Positions 1 through 10,388 of a DNA stretch of 20,000 bases are shown piece by piece. The translations under genes were made by a program, and so were the position numbers. How positions within the stretch are numbered: position 1 is the first letter of the stretch; every line of letters begins with the position of its first letter. Where the stretch lies: NCBI GenBank assembly GCA_036867785.1, contig CP145418.1, forward strand, positions 1,287,725 to 1,307,724, read 5' to 3'. Below the pieces are notes generated by a model. It had not been told where the DNA came from. It saw only the letters and a program-made list of their open reading frames with translations, and made no database searches. This DNA comes from Plasmodiophora brassicae (taxonomy: Eukaryota).

Positions 1-286
1 CGGGGCCATCATCACAACATAATGTACGTGCGAAATGGATGGGAGACCGAACTCACTGGATACCTTCTACCTTCAGCAATGGGACGAATTGTCGCCAACT
101 TCGAAGCCGTGCCCATGTCACGTGAGAAGGTGCCCCGACGATGATAATAACGTATTGCGCCTACTGTAGCGTTCTGCGACAGGGATAAGTCAACCGTCCC
201 GTGTGCTCTAGGGCAGACGCGCGCAGTAACGGGAACTGGCTCGATGTTTATACGGCGTCATGCCTGATGCTGTACCTGAAAGCAAG

Positions 287-2740
287 TCACGCAGAGCAGT
301 ATCGTCTAATGAACGTGGCGATTTGGTCAACGCGCCTGACGATCTCATCGACAAACATATTGTCATGCTCGCCCACGAGGTGCCCAGCGTCCAGCATCTC
401 CAGGAACGTATTGCTGAACTGCCCGTCTCGTGCGTTCACCAATTCACAAAAGTCGTCGCGCGACCTGATCCTGTCGCACAGTAATGACACGATCCACATC
501 GCCATCCCCACGTCTCCACGTAAGCGCGTCACCCAAAAGCTTGCCACGGTCGGCTGGTTCTTGAAGGCTCGAACGACGGACAGCGTCGAGCGGATGACTG
601 TCGCGACCGTATGCAGAATCGTCCAGTTGGCGGCAAGGTCATCGTGCATGACCAACTCAATGAGGGTACCCCGGTGCTGCGCATGTGCCGTCAGAGCCTC
701 CACGACTGGCCTGCGCCTCATCATGACGCCCCAGTGAATTGCCGAAAACCCATCATAGCGGTGGCGAAGAAACCGGGCATCAGTCACGTTGAGCGCTTGG
801 ATTGCGGGGTCTCCAACTCCCACCTTGGCGCGCAACAGAGCCGCATGGGGACCGTCATTGCTCCTGTCAGGATGAGCGAGATGTTCCAGTATCAGGGCCG
901 TGGATATGGGGTTCGACAGCAACCTGACTTTCACTCGAGGAGCGCCCCCGCACGCCAGCATCGCCACTTCGTACGACGACACAGACCCATTGGCGGCCGC
1001 CAGCAGTCGAACCACGGACAGGAAGTCTGGGATGGCGGGTCTATCGGCGGGCATCCAGAAGTCGATGCACGACTGATCGTTGCAGTTGTTCTGGCTTCTG
1101 CGTTGAAGTTCTCGCCAGATCCTGTCCACTGGTGCGCGCCGCAGGATCCATTGAAGCACGGCCGTCGTCATGCAGTCGGTATGCAGAATCGTGTGCGTGT
1201 CCTCCTCGTCAACGTAAGTCACGGCGGCCTGGACTTGCTCGTCGGTTGCGTTTCTCGCTAGGCGCTCCAAGAGGCTAACGGGATCGTCGGCCGTGCAGAG
1301 GTTGCAATAGGCCAGGATGGAGACACCGATACCGCCAAGGAGAACTGTGTCGTCGTCAACAATGCCCAGGAGACGACGAACGGGGATGGAAAAGTAAGCC
1401 ATTTGAAGCGTTGAAACAAAGACCTCGTGCCTCCAGAAACGCTCGTTGAACCCAGCTGCCCGGAAGCGTCGACGAACAGCGCCCAGACAGGTCTCGAACA
1501 AGACTGGCTTGTCGTCGCTCGCATATTGGGTGAGACGTCGCCTCCAGCTCTCGGCTTTATGCACGAGCCAAGCGACGGTGGTGGTGGTTTCGACAGCTGT
1601 GCAATACCTCATGAGTTGCTCCGCGAACGCCAGCACTTCATCGTTGCTCCCGGCGTATTGGTCGGGCTGGCCAAAGGTGAACACAATATCGAAATCGGCG
1701 CCCAACTCGACCATCAGGTTGGCGTTGCGGAAGTCGTTTCGCAGAAGAAGAATAGCCATGAGCCGCATGTCGCTATGGTCATCGTCGGGATTGACCACGA
1801 AGTCTGGATGCCAGTGACCGCTGGTCCACAGCCCGTCAATGTCCATTCCGTGTGCAACCAGGACCTTCAGCAAACGGCCGTCGGCGTCGACGTGGGCGGG
1901 GTCCCGCTCAAATTCATCCACAAGCTCGTCGATGCCGCGACCAGTTAGCGCCATCCGAGCGATGTTGCGATGGGCGTCGTCAGGAAGCAAACGTAGCATG
2001 GCGGACGTGATCTGGTCGCTTTCGTCATATCTGGCGGTATACTGGAAGACACGGGTCCGGCGAGCCATCCGTTCCGATGCGAAAGCAGCGTACTCGCCGA
2101 TGCGTTCTGCATCAACAAACGAGATGCCCTCCTGGAGAAGGAGACGCAGGGCGCCCAAGGCTCGTTCTCGATGCGGATGGTCGAACTGTCCCGAGGTGTG
2201 GCCGATGGCCACCCCCAGCGCGTAACCGGTGGCCAATCGCCAATCGACCGCCATTGTCTTCAGCATGTCCCGAAAACGCTCTGGCGCGACACTCTCGTCA
2301 ACGTTGAACAGGTCTCGAAGGAGCAGGATCTGGGGTCGCAACGGCACTTGGTCCCGGAGACGCCGTCGCGCCCATTCACCAAGCAAGTACGCTCGGGCGG
2401 CCCGCTCACCGGCCTGAAAGTCATCCCGAAGTCGTTGCATGGCCTGGCCATAGTTGTCGAAGAACGTCAAGAGCGTATCCGTCGTTGCTTCCGGCTGGAA
2501 CAATGTCCCCCATTGACGGCGAACGCGTAAAGCCGCGCGAGAGTAAGCACACAGAGTCAGGTTCCTGGACGCTTGGGTCAGGCGGGATGCGTCCATGTCA
2601 TTGACGAAGTTCGTGAGCATCTGAGCCACCACGAACGGGAGACCGCTCATCAGACGACTGGGATGGTCGACGCTGGCGCCTGAAGCAGGCGCCAGTGCCA
2701 TCAGGCTGGACGTACACACGACTACATACACGAACGCCAT
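287..2740 (-). CDS. Candidate secreted effector, 817 aa: signal peptide, F-box-like motif, degenerate ankyrin-like helical repeats
   Basis: Uninterrupted 2.6-kb ORF. The listed start at 2914 is GTG. The ATG at 2740 opens a hydrophobic leader, MAFVYVVVCTSSLMALAPASGAS. Next comes LMSGLPFVVAQMLTNFVNDMDASRLTQASRNL, which has F-box-like LP spacing. Ankyrin-like segments follow: LLKVLVAHGMDIDG, ANLMVELGADFD, HTILHT, GFSAIHWGVMMRRRPVVEAL and WTILHTVAT. Domain calls are by eye. Confidence 0.75.
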   Translation of the reverse strand: MAFVYVVVCTSSLMALAPASGASVDHPSRLMSGLPFVVAQMLTNFVNDMDASRLTQASRNLTLCAYSRAALRVRRQWGTLFQPEATTDTLLTFFDNYGQAMQRLRDDFQAGERAARAYLLGEWARRRLRDQVPLRPQILLLRDLFNVDESVAPERFRDMLKTMAVDWRLATGYALGVAIGHTSGQFDHPHRERALGALRLLLQEGISFVDAERIGEYAAFASERMARRTRVFQYTARYDESDQITSAMLRLLPDDAHRNIARMALTGRGIDELVDEFERDPAHVDADGRLLKVLVAHGMDIDGLWTSGHWHPDFVVNPDDDHSDMRLMAILLLRNDFRNANLMVELGADFDIVFTFGQPDQYAGSNDEVLAFAEQLMRYCTAVETTTTVAWLVHKAESWRRRLTQYASDDKPVLFETCLGAVRRRFRAAGFNERFWRHEVFVSTLQMAYFSIPVRRLLGIVDDDTVLLGGIGVSILAYCNLCTADDPVSLLERLARNATDEQVQAAVTYVDEEDTHTILHTDCMTTAVLQWILRRAPVDRIWRELQRRSQNNCNDQSCIDFWMPADRPAIPDFLSVVRLLAAANGSVSSYEVAMLACGGAPRVKVRLLSNPISTALILEHLAHPDRSNDGPHAALLRAKVGVGDPAIQALNVTDARFLRHRYDGFSAIHWGVMMRRRPVVEALTAHAQHRGTLIELVMHDDLAANWTILHTVATVIRSTLSVVRAFKNQPTVASFWVTRLRGDVGMAMWIVSLLCDRIRSRDDFCELVNARDGQFSNTFLEMLDAGHLVGEHDNMFVDEIVRRVDQIATFIRRYCSA

Positions 2741-3939
2741 CGTCACTGCCCCACTGTGCGTCCTCCACCACCAGTGATTTCGTACACTGGCCGATGCCTT
2801 GGCCGGGATAGCACTGGAGTCGTTCCGACAACCATAAATTGGGCTTGAATGCAGGCTGGTGGCACTGGCGCAGTGTTTCATATCATCCCGACCCGAGGCG
2901 CGATATTCAGGCACCGGTGGTCCGGACGAGTGAGTGCCAGAGCAGCGACCTGTTCACAGCGAAGTCAGTACAGTGATCCCTTCCCAGAAACGCTGCATCC
3001 GACGAACGTTGCCCTTTCGTTTGCCTGCTCCAAGGGTCTGGATGCGGGCAGGCGCGTGCCGGCTGTTGCGCGTCCAAGACCAGCCATCATGGTGACGGCA
3101 GCGATCTCCATCGGCAGCGTGGGCGTCGACGACCCCGCCGTCGTCAGCCCGGTTGCATCGGCGCTTGCGAACGGCGGCCACCTACGCGGCAACCATGTCG
3201 TCAACCATGGCCCGGATTCTAGGCGACGTGCACGTTGTCGCAACAGCCCTCTTTGTTGGTTGGGTGTACGTTGAACGCGTTGACTATCGGTCATCTTGGT
3301 GAATGAAATTTATTTCCGCAGTCCGTACGGTGTAGCGGGTTGTGCCGCAGTTTCCTGCAAACCAACAGCTCTCCCACCAGAGAATCCTACTGCGCCACGT
3401 CACGCTTCCGGCCGTCGTCGAGCGTGTCGCACATAACCCACACTCCTCCTCGACAGCCGACGACGCCGATCTTCGTCCGGTGCGACTCGTGCTTGTCGCG
3501 CGGGATTGGCTTCGTCATCATTAGTATAGAGGGCAACCCTTGCGCTAGGGCCAAGGGTTGAGCCAAATTTAGCGCAGGATGGCCGTGGCAGAGGCCGCGC
3601 ACCTGTGTCCAGGCCACCGCTCCGGCGACGAGCGGCCCAAGGACAGGTCCCCTGCCGTCTCAGGTTGCAAGTCGTGTCGCCCAGAATCGCACCACACAAC
3701 ATTCCTTGCCTCACTCTGTGTCGATCCCGTTCGAATACACGATAGAGCGCTTGAGTTGTTGTCTTTGCGCGGGGGTGAATTGTGGATTACGCGTCGTCAA
3801 TACATGGCACGAGGGCGACAGATGAGTAGGGCCGTCTGACAGCTGACAACGCATGACGCAAGAAGAAATCGGCCCAAAAAAATCGCATTTATTGACCCAG
3901 TTTTTTGGGACGTTAAGCCCCTTTGCCGAGCAACGTTGC

Positions 3940-6900
3940 CGCTTTAGCTTTCGCCCACGCCGGTGGCGGCAGTATGGGACCTGTGGACGACATCGCGCCT
4001 CCGGCCGACGGATGCCGTGTCGGCGTGAATCAGTCGCCGACTCCGTGTTGCGCTGCGACTGACGACGCTGACGATGCAGCCGATCGCCCACGTCCCCTGC
4101 CAATCGCCGACGATCCGACGACCAAGCCGGTGGTCGACGCCGCCCACTACATCGCCGTACACGGCTTCCCGATACGCCACGATGTTCACCATCGCACCTC
4201 GCCGATCGCCGACGACCTGTCGCGACCGCGTGCCCTGCCAGTGTCTGCGCCGTAAGCCGTTGCACCTCGAGGACAGGTACGAGTCATCGTTTGTTGCACA
4301 GTGTCCCAGGCCCTCTGACGCGTTCGACACCGCCCTTATGCAGTCTCATGCCGTCGAGTCGGACCAGGTCCAACATGACCCCGGCGTGGTGGCTTCCGAC
4401 GCTTGGAACAATTGGTCATGCACGCCCCATGCCCGGCACCATGCGTTGATAGCGGGCTAACCAGTCGATGTCGTCGCCGGCCTCCCTGTCTGCGTGTCGA
4501 GCGGTGCCTGCCTGCTGCGTTGTGTTCGTCCTCGCGTCTCTCGAGTCGTCGACGTCCCGAGGCGCCTGCTCGCTGTTCCTGCGATCGACTGTGACGTAAT
4601 CGATGCATCCCACTGGACGTATGCCAACGCGCCCAACACGTCTGGACGACGCCATGCTCCGGTACGGACCGCTGTCTAATGCAAATGATCACGGCCTCAC
4701 ACGTTCTGCACAGGACACTGCCGTCGCCAGTTACGACGCTGCCGGTCGTCAATGCCGCCCACTACATCGCGATATTCGACTAAGTTCGCGTCTGCAGGCT
4801 GCGGGTCCCCAACGACCCGTCGTGCTGCTCGCCGTGCTTACGTCCGCGTCGAAGTCACCGCCGAGCACCGACATGGGCCAACGGGATCACCTGCAACGCG
4901 ACCATAAGGGGGCCTGCTGGGCTTCTGTGCATCTCCTGGTCAGGAGCGTGTCGTTGCCAAGATGCCCCATCGCCTGATACGGCTGCCTGCCCTGCTTGCG
5001 TCCGCGCCGACGTCGTTGCGACCGGGCCAACACATCGTCTACTAGGACAGCGGAACGTGATCATCTTCCTTAAGCGCGCCCAATATCTCTGGGTGCGGTT
5101 CCAGGACAGGTATAGTTTCTCGGCTGATGCGATATGACCTTCGCCTCTGACATGTGATGAACAGGCTAAGCCAGCTGCCGTGGGACGTCGCTTGTCCATC
5201 ATGGGAGCCTTCAAGCAGCCGTGGTTCTGCCAAATTGTCATTCTGCTCCACACGTGACGCGGTCGACTGCCCCACCCTAGCCGCCGGATGCAATTCGCCG
5301 TCTGCCCTGAACCGTCCTGCGAGGCCGGGCCCCGCATGCAAGTGCGTCGCCGCCTCCCCCATCTGCCTGGTCCGCTGCGTCTGCCAACTCTGCTGGTTGC
5401 CCAGCAGGGTAGCGGTGCCCAGCGCCCGTTGCTGCCGGAAGCCTCGCGGACACCTGACTTCCGACGACGATCGTCCAGCATCCCTGACGCTATATCCCGA
5501 TAACCGTGAACGTTGAATACATGCTGCACCTGTTGACATGCGCGTACACCCACATGTGAAGTGCTTCCTGGCGTCAACTGGCGCGTCCGGCAGAGTCCGC
5601 TGCAGTCGTTGTAGGGCAGGGTGCCCGTCGCCGAACGAGAGCGGCGACGCTGCGTGCGCCTGCGTGACGAGCATGGCCGATCAGTCCAATGCAACGCGCA
5701 CGCACGACAGTTGGATGCGCCCAGTCAACGCGCATCGTGGCGCCCACTTCTGCACACACGTGCCTAGATGCGCCCACGGGCCGAGTCGAACGTCTCAGAT
5801 GAATCGACATGCCACGACGACGTCCCGCTGCCAGATTACGTACTGCAATGGATGCCAGCGGCATTGACTGTCGACCTCTGTCGTGGAGTGCCCTGGATTG
5901 TCACCATTGTTGACAGAGAGACCAGCACAGTGCAATGTCCCCGCCCCCGTTGTCAGACGTTGCCCTTTCAAGGACGTGACGTAATGTGATCGGAGGGTAC
6001 TTACTCGACATTAAACGAGGCGAGATCGTACGTACTGATCGAGTTCCGTGTCGGTACATGGTTTTCCAATGGACGCTGGCCTCGGCGAAAGTCCAGCAGG
6101 GCGCCCCACTCCGTACTAGCTGCGTGGTCGTCGACGACCCGGCTACGCTGCCAACGTCGTCCACTACATCGCCGTACACGGTTCAACGGGTGTTCTTCGC
6201 CGTCGCACATCGCGGGTCCCCGTCGACATGCCGTGCCTTCCCGTCCTGCTTGCGTCCCCGCCGACATCTCCGCCGACCCGATCGGCAAGGGCCAAGGCGT
6301 CCCCTACGAAGGCAACGCATCCTGCTGCCGCACAGTATCTCTGGATCTACTATATCCAGAACAGGTAAGTCGTATCGTGTATGACAGGCGGCCATGGGCT
6401 CAGACATGTGATGAACAGGAGACTGCATCCGTATGGCGGGCGTTGCCAGCGTTGCGGCCACCTGCTCCACACCTGGGGCTATCGCATGTCGCGAATCCCC
6501 GACGACACGTCCACGCCGACGTCGCCGCCGACCATATCGGCACGTGTAAAACGCATCCCCGGGGAAGGCAATGCAACCTGCTGCTGGTGTGTCAACGCGC
6601 TCAGTACCTCTGGATGAAGTATATCCAGAACAGGTACGCCGTAGCGCGTATGACCAGCGACCATGACCTCTGACATGTGATGGACAGGAGACGGCAGCCG
6701 TAGCTGTACCGCATCGTCAGGCTTGCGACCACCTGGTCCCACGCCTGAGGCGACGCCTACCCCCTGTCGATCGCTGCGGTTGGTCGTTCGCGTCCCTGCC
6801 ATAAACCCGTCATTCCATGTCGGCCACAGCGAGCAAGGGCGCCGCCAGCGCCACCGTCCGCAAGCCCAGCTGCGCATGCCTACGCTGCTGGTTGCCCAAC

Positions 6901-7260
6901 GTCCATTTCTACCGGCCGCCACGCGAACGCCTGCTATCTTTGATGACGATCGCCACCATCCCGGCCGGCGTATCGCGGCAACCAGGACCGTTCAATACAG
7001 GCAGAACCAGTTGTCACGCGTGTACACCGGCCATGCATGGCTTCCTGGCGTCAGCTGGTGCCGACCAGAGCAGGGCGGGACGCCGTCCGTCCCCAGCGTG
7101 TTCATCGACGTTGCGCCCGTCCCTTCATGTCGACGCATATGAAACCCATCCCATGACGTTGCCATGCCTGGTTAGGCCAAGCAATGCCTACCCTTACAAT
7201 CGACCATCGACGCTCTCGATGCTGCACCTCAAACAGACCCGTCCCGTGTGTTAAGTTACA
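3940..7260 (+). pseudogene. Decayed tandem array of intron-containing Cys/His-rich coding modules (unknown family)
   Basis: Recurrent diverged motifs: (A)DDPTT-LPVVxAAHYIAVHG at ~4108, ~4725 and ~6130; QYLWxxxxQxR at ~5075, ~6335 and ~6597; CxxC-type words CPAC, CQRC, CVCQLCW and CACLRCW. A homologous 54-55 nt GT-AG intron lies at 5110-5164, 6365-6418 and 6634-6687; the copy at 4277-4330 has its AG changed to AC. Stops and frameshifts interrupt the copies. Confidence 0.6.
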
Positions 7261-7269
7261 AATACAAGT

Positions 7270-8151
7270 TTATGAACGGATACCATTGCATCTGTAGAAG
7301 AGCAGCCTGTAGACGCGCTTGTGGAGCAGGCTAGCCACTTGGGACTCTCCATACCGCACTAGGCGATTGGTGTCGCAGAAGACCCAGGAACCACCGGGTT
7401 GCTTGACCCAGGATATATAATGCCCTTCATCGTGCCCAGCCAATTGGGTGTCACTACCCTGGTAATCGACCAGGCCAACGAGATCGAAGTACACGCTCTG
7501 CCAGTCTGAAACGTCACTTCTGGCACCACGTCCTGCCCACAGGAGATATCAGACATCCAAGAGATCCACCCATCATCATCGCTTGATGTCCTGCACCTAC
7601 CACCGTGGTCCTACGACGCGCCATGCTGATCTGCGCTCCGTCAGGGCCGGGTTGCTGGACGATCTCCATCGGATCCTGCCGAACAATCAACAGTGACCCC
7701 GGCGTTGGACTCCTGGCCATGTGGCGGAACGTTGTCGACCGGTGCTCGACATCGTGACCAGGTTGGCAGGGAACGTTGGAGGTGCACCTCCTGGTGATCG
7801 TCTCCGACTGCTCCCCGACCAGAACCGTTGAGAGTTTGACTCGCCGGTGGCAGCCCTGCAGCATGACGACGGGCTGCTGACAAGGCGGGCGCGACGAGGC
7901 ATGGCCGCAGGTGGCACACGTATCAACCACGTGTTCGACGAACTCGACGAGACTGCCAACAATCGGCTGTCCATCAGCGCCGACCATACATACGCCTCCA
8001 TCTGCGATAGCAGTTCCAGGACGAAGTCGTCTGCGTCGTGCTGTTGTCCGGCAGGAAACGACCGTGTCGCCCGGTCGGCGTTGCCCAGGCTGCTGATGAG
8101 CTCAACGAGCGCGTACGACGCCACGTTCGCATCCAGGCGGGGGTTCATCAC
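7270..8151 (-). pseudogene. USP / peptidase C19 deubiquitinase pseudogene, paralog of 10389-11432
   Basis: Four ORF fragments concatenate to a homolog of the 10389-11432 domain. Shared motifs: GQQHDADDF, CATCG, YFDLVGLVDY..GHDEGHYISWVK..WVFCDT and KRVYRLLFYR. The first 53 aa are 38/53 identical. Frameshifts lie at ~7988, ~7557 and ~7493. Homology stops at ~8152, so the Cys box is absent. Confidence 0.88.
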
Positions 8152-8204
8152 CTGGTTGAGTTGACGGTGTGAACACGGTGTCCGATACCTTTAGGGAATG
8201 ATTT

Positions 8205-8224
8205 GGGGGGGGGGGGGGGGGGGG
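8205..8224 (+). repeat. G20 homopolymer
   Basis: Twenty consecutive G, about 50 bp from the truncation point of the USP pseudogene. Confidence 0.95.
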
Positions 8225-8589
8225 TCCAAAATGGACCAGGCAAACTCCGCTTCGGAACCAGTGGGAGAATCGAAATCGTGCAGGATCACGTTCGCGAGTG
8301 GCCCCTGTATATGTACACTGTCTGGCAAACTCGGACGTCAGCCAGACAATTCGGGCCGTGTGCGGCCGGCGAACGTCGGCATAACAGAGAATGTCGGATT
8401 CTATTCTGCTGATGTGTATCGAGCGTGCCGCAGACCGCGTCCAGTTCTGTTGCAGGGCACGACATCGGTCGGGTTACTGTCGCTTGTGTTTATGGTGTGT
8501 ATGCGGATGGATGGCGATATACGTCTGTGTTCGATGCTATCCCCAGGACAAGTACGATGGGCGTAGACACACCCATCGATTGAAGGTGG

Positions 8590-10200
8590 GCCTTGCCAGT
8601 CAACGTCAAGGCAGCCGCCGACTCCGTGGCGGGCGTCGTCGGGGCGACTGACGACCCGACGACGTCAACACTGCCGGCCGATGACCCTGTGTATTCGACA
8701 TCCCTTGTCGTCGACGCCCTGTCGCGCCTCCCTGCCCTGCCTCCGTCCGCGCCGACGTCGCCCCCCGACATCCAACTGCACGGGCCAATTGATTCCCTAC
8801 GATCGCAACACGTCATGCAGGGCGTCTACTGACACGCCTGCCGTCGTCAGGCCAGAATCAGCACCTGCAGCAAGCAGTCGTCCTGCCGATGAACCTGCTC
8901 TTCTGCGACGTGTTGGCCCATTAACCTGTTGTTTCTGCTGACATCCGGCCTGGTATCCTGACAAATCCTGCCGAAATCAGTGTCACCGTTGATGGTAAAG
9001 GATGATATGACAGGTGTATCCCTTGTCTTGGTTACGCAAAAAACTCCTGAGACCTCCCAAAAACAGCCGCGTTGTTTTTTGCTGGCGGCCCCGGTGGCGT
9101 GCGGCGGTGCGGCGTGCGGTCGCCTGGGCGGATGCGCTATACACCATGGAGCGTGCGCCGTCCTCCGACGCCTCCTACACGAGGTCGCGATGCGCATGCC
9201 CGTTGGAGGGCGGTATACGGCACAGACGTGGAGTCCTCTCAACGTGAAGCAGGCGCCGACTCCATGGTGGGCGTCGCCCGCGACTGACTACTCGACGACG
9301 CTGCCGGTCGCCAACGCCGCCTACTGCATCGTCGTCCACGCCCGCCGGATATGCTGTTGTGTTCAGCCTCGCACGTCGCAGGACGCCGACACCCTGACGC
9401 GCCTGTCTGCCGTGCCTGCACCCGCTGCGACGTCGCCGCAGATGGGCAGCACGGCCCAATGGACTCACGACGACCATATCGCGTCCTGCTGGACGCCTGC
9501 CGGCGTGCCCGATCTGTCTGTGTGAACGCCCTGCAGTTGCAGCACTGGTACGTGTCGTCGTCTGATGCACAGGCGTGCAGGCCCTCTAACACGCTGGACA
9601 GGACGCACCTGCTGGCTGTCGCCTGCCGTCGTCCGTCCAGCATGAGCACCTGCCGGGTAGCTGTCATCGTGTCTTGGCGGGGCTGGTCCAGCATCGCGCC
9701 GGCATGCTCCTCAGCTGAGGCGGCGCGCTGGACGTTCGCCGATCGTTGCAATCGGTCGCGCGCGCCGCTGTCGTGCACCATGCGTTGATGGCGGACCGAG
9801 CAACCAAAGGTCTTCTCGCCGATGTCCCCGTCGGCCTGTCGAGCGGCACCTGCCTGCCCTGCAGGTCTTCCAGCAGGCAGGTGGCGCCCAGTGTCCGTTG
9901 CCGTTGATCGACATGCGCACGCCTATCTGCCGTCGACCACCCGCCGCCGGCGTATCGCCTCACCCAGATCACTACAAGCAGATTAGGTCGACACGCGCGA
10001 ACGCCGGCCCTGCAGGTCGTCCTGGCGTCAGGCGGCGCCGGACGGCATCCTTTGCTGAAGTGGCCGGCGGTCGACAGCGCCGACGTCGTCCCTGCATGCG
10101 TGTCAAGCATGGCAGGTCAGACCAGACGAGCGATGCAGGCGTTTCGGGTGTCGCAGCATGCACGTGAGGCAGGTGATTGCGCTCGACTCCAAGCAAACGC
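8590..10200 (+). pseudogene. Further decayed copies of the Cys/His-rich module
   Basis: The anchor gccgactcc occurs at ~8616 and ~9255, as at ~4035. ATDDPTTSTLP lies at ~8644 and ATDYSTTLPVANAAYCIVVHA at ~9280. The homologous 54-nt intron is at 9548-9601 (gtacgt...ctaac...acag). accatgcgttgat.gcgg is shared by ~9778 and ~4438, and gtcgagcgg..cctgcctgc by ~9838 and ~4496. Confidence 0.6.
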
Positions 10201-10388
10201 GGTTCAGTACGTGTCAGAGCGGTCCTACTTCATTATCCCTGAGTTGTACTGCAGCGTGCGGCCTGGCAAGAAGGCGTGAGGTACAACTTCTCAACAACGC
10301 AAACGAATACAACGTCTTTTACGGATCATATGTTCCACCATTCTTTCTACTGCATGGCCAGGCAGATGAACTCGACGATGGACAAGCT

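Noticed and set aside
201-2530. Plus-strand ORFs overlapping the long minus-strand CDS (also 10158-10931 and those within 12400-16200)
   Set aside because: These are antisense shadows of GC-rich coding sequence with no recognisable motifs.
2741-2914. 58-aa N-terminal extension of the 875-aa ORF
   Set aside because: It begins at GTG, an unlikely start in a eukaryote. The ATG at 2740 places the signal-like leader at the N-terminus.
2849-3840. Short ORFs between the first gene and the module array
   Set aside because: No coherent gene model. VGVDDPAVVSP at ~3118 may be a further module remnant, but the similarity is too weak to call.
3873-3909. Rho-independent terminator
   Set aside because: The DNA is eukaryotic, and the stem is A/T-rich with no following U-tract.
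8190-8196. Interstitial telomere
   Set aside because: A single 7-mer is too short to call. It is kept only as part of the breakpoint observation.
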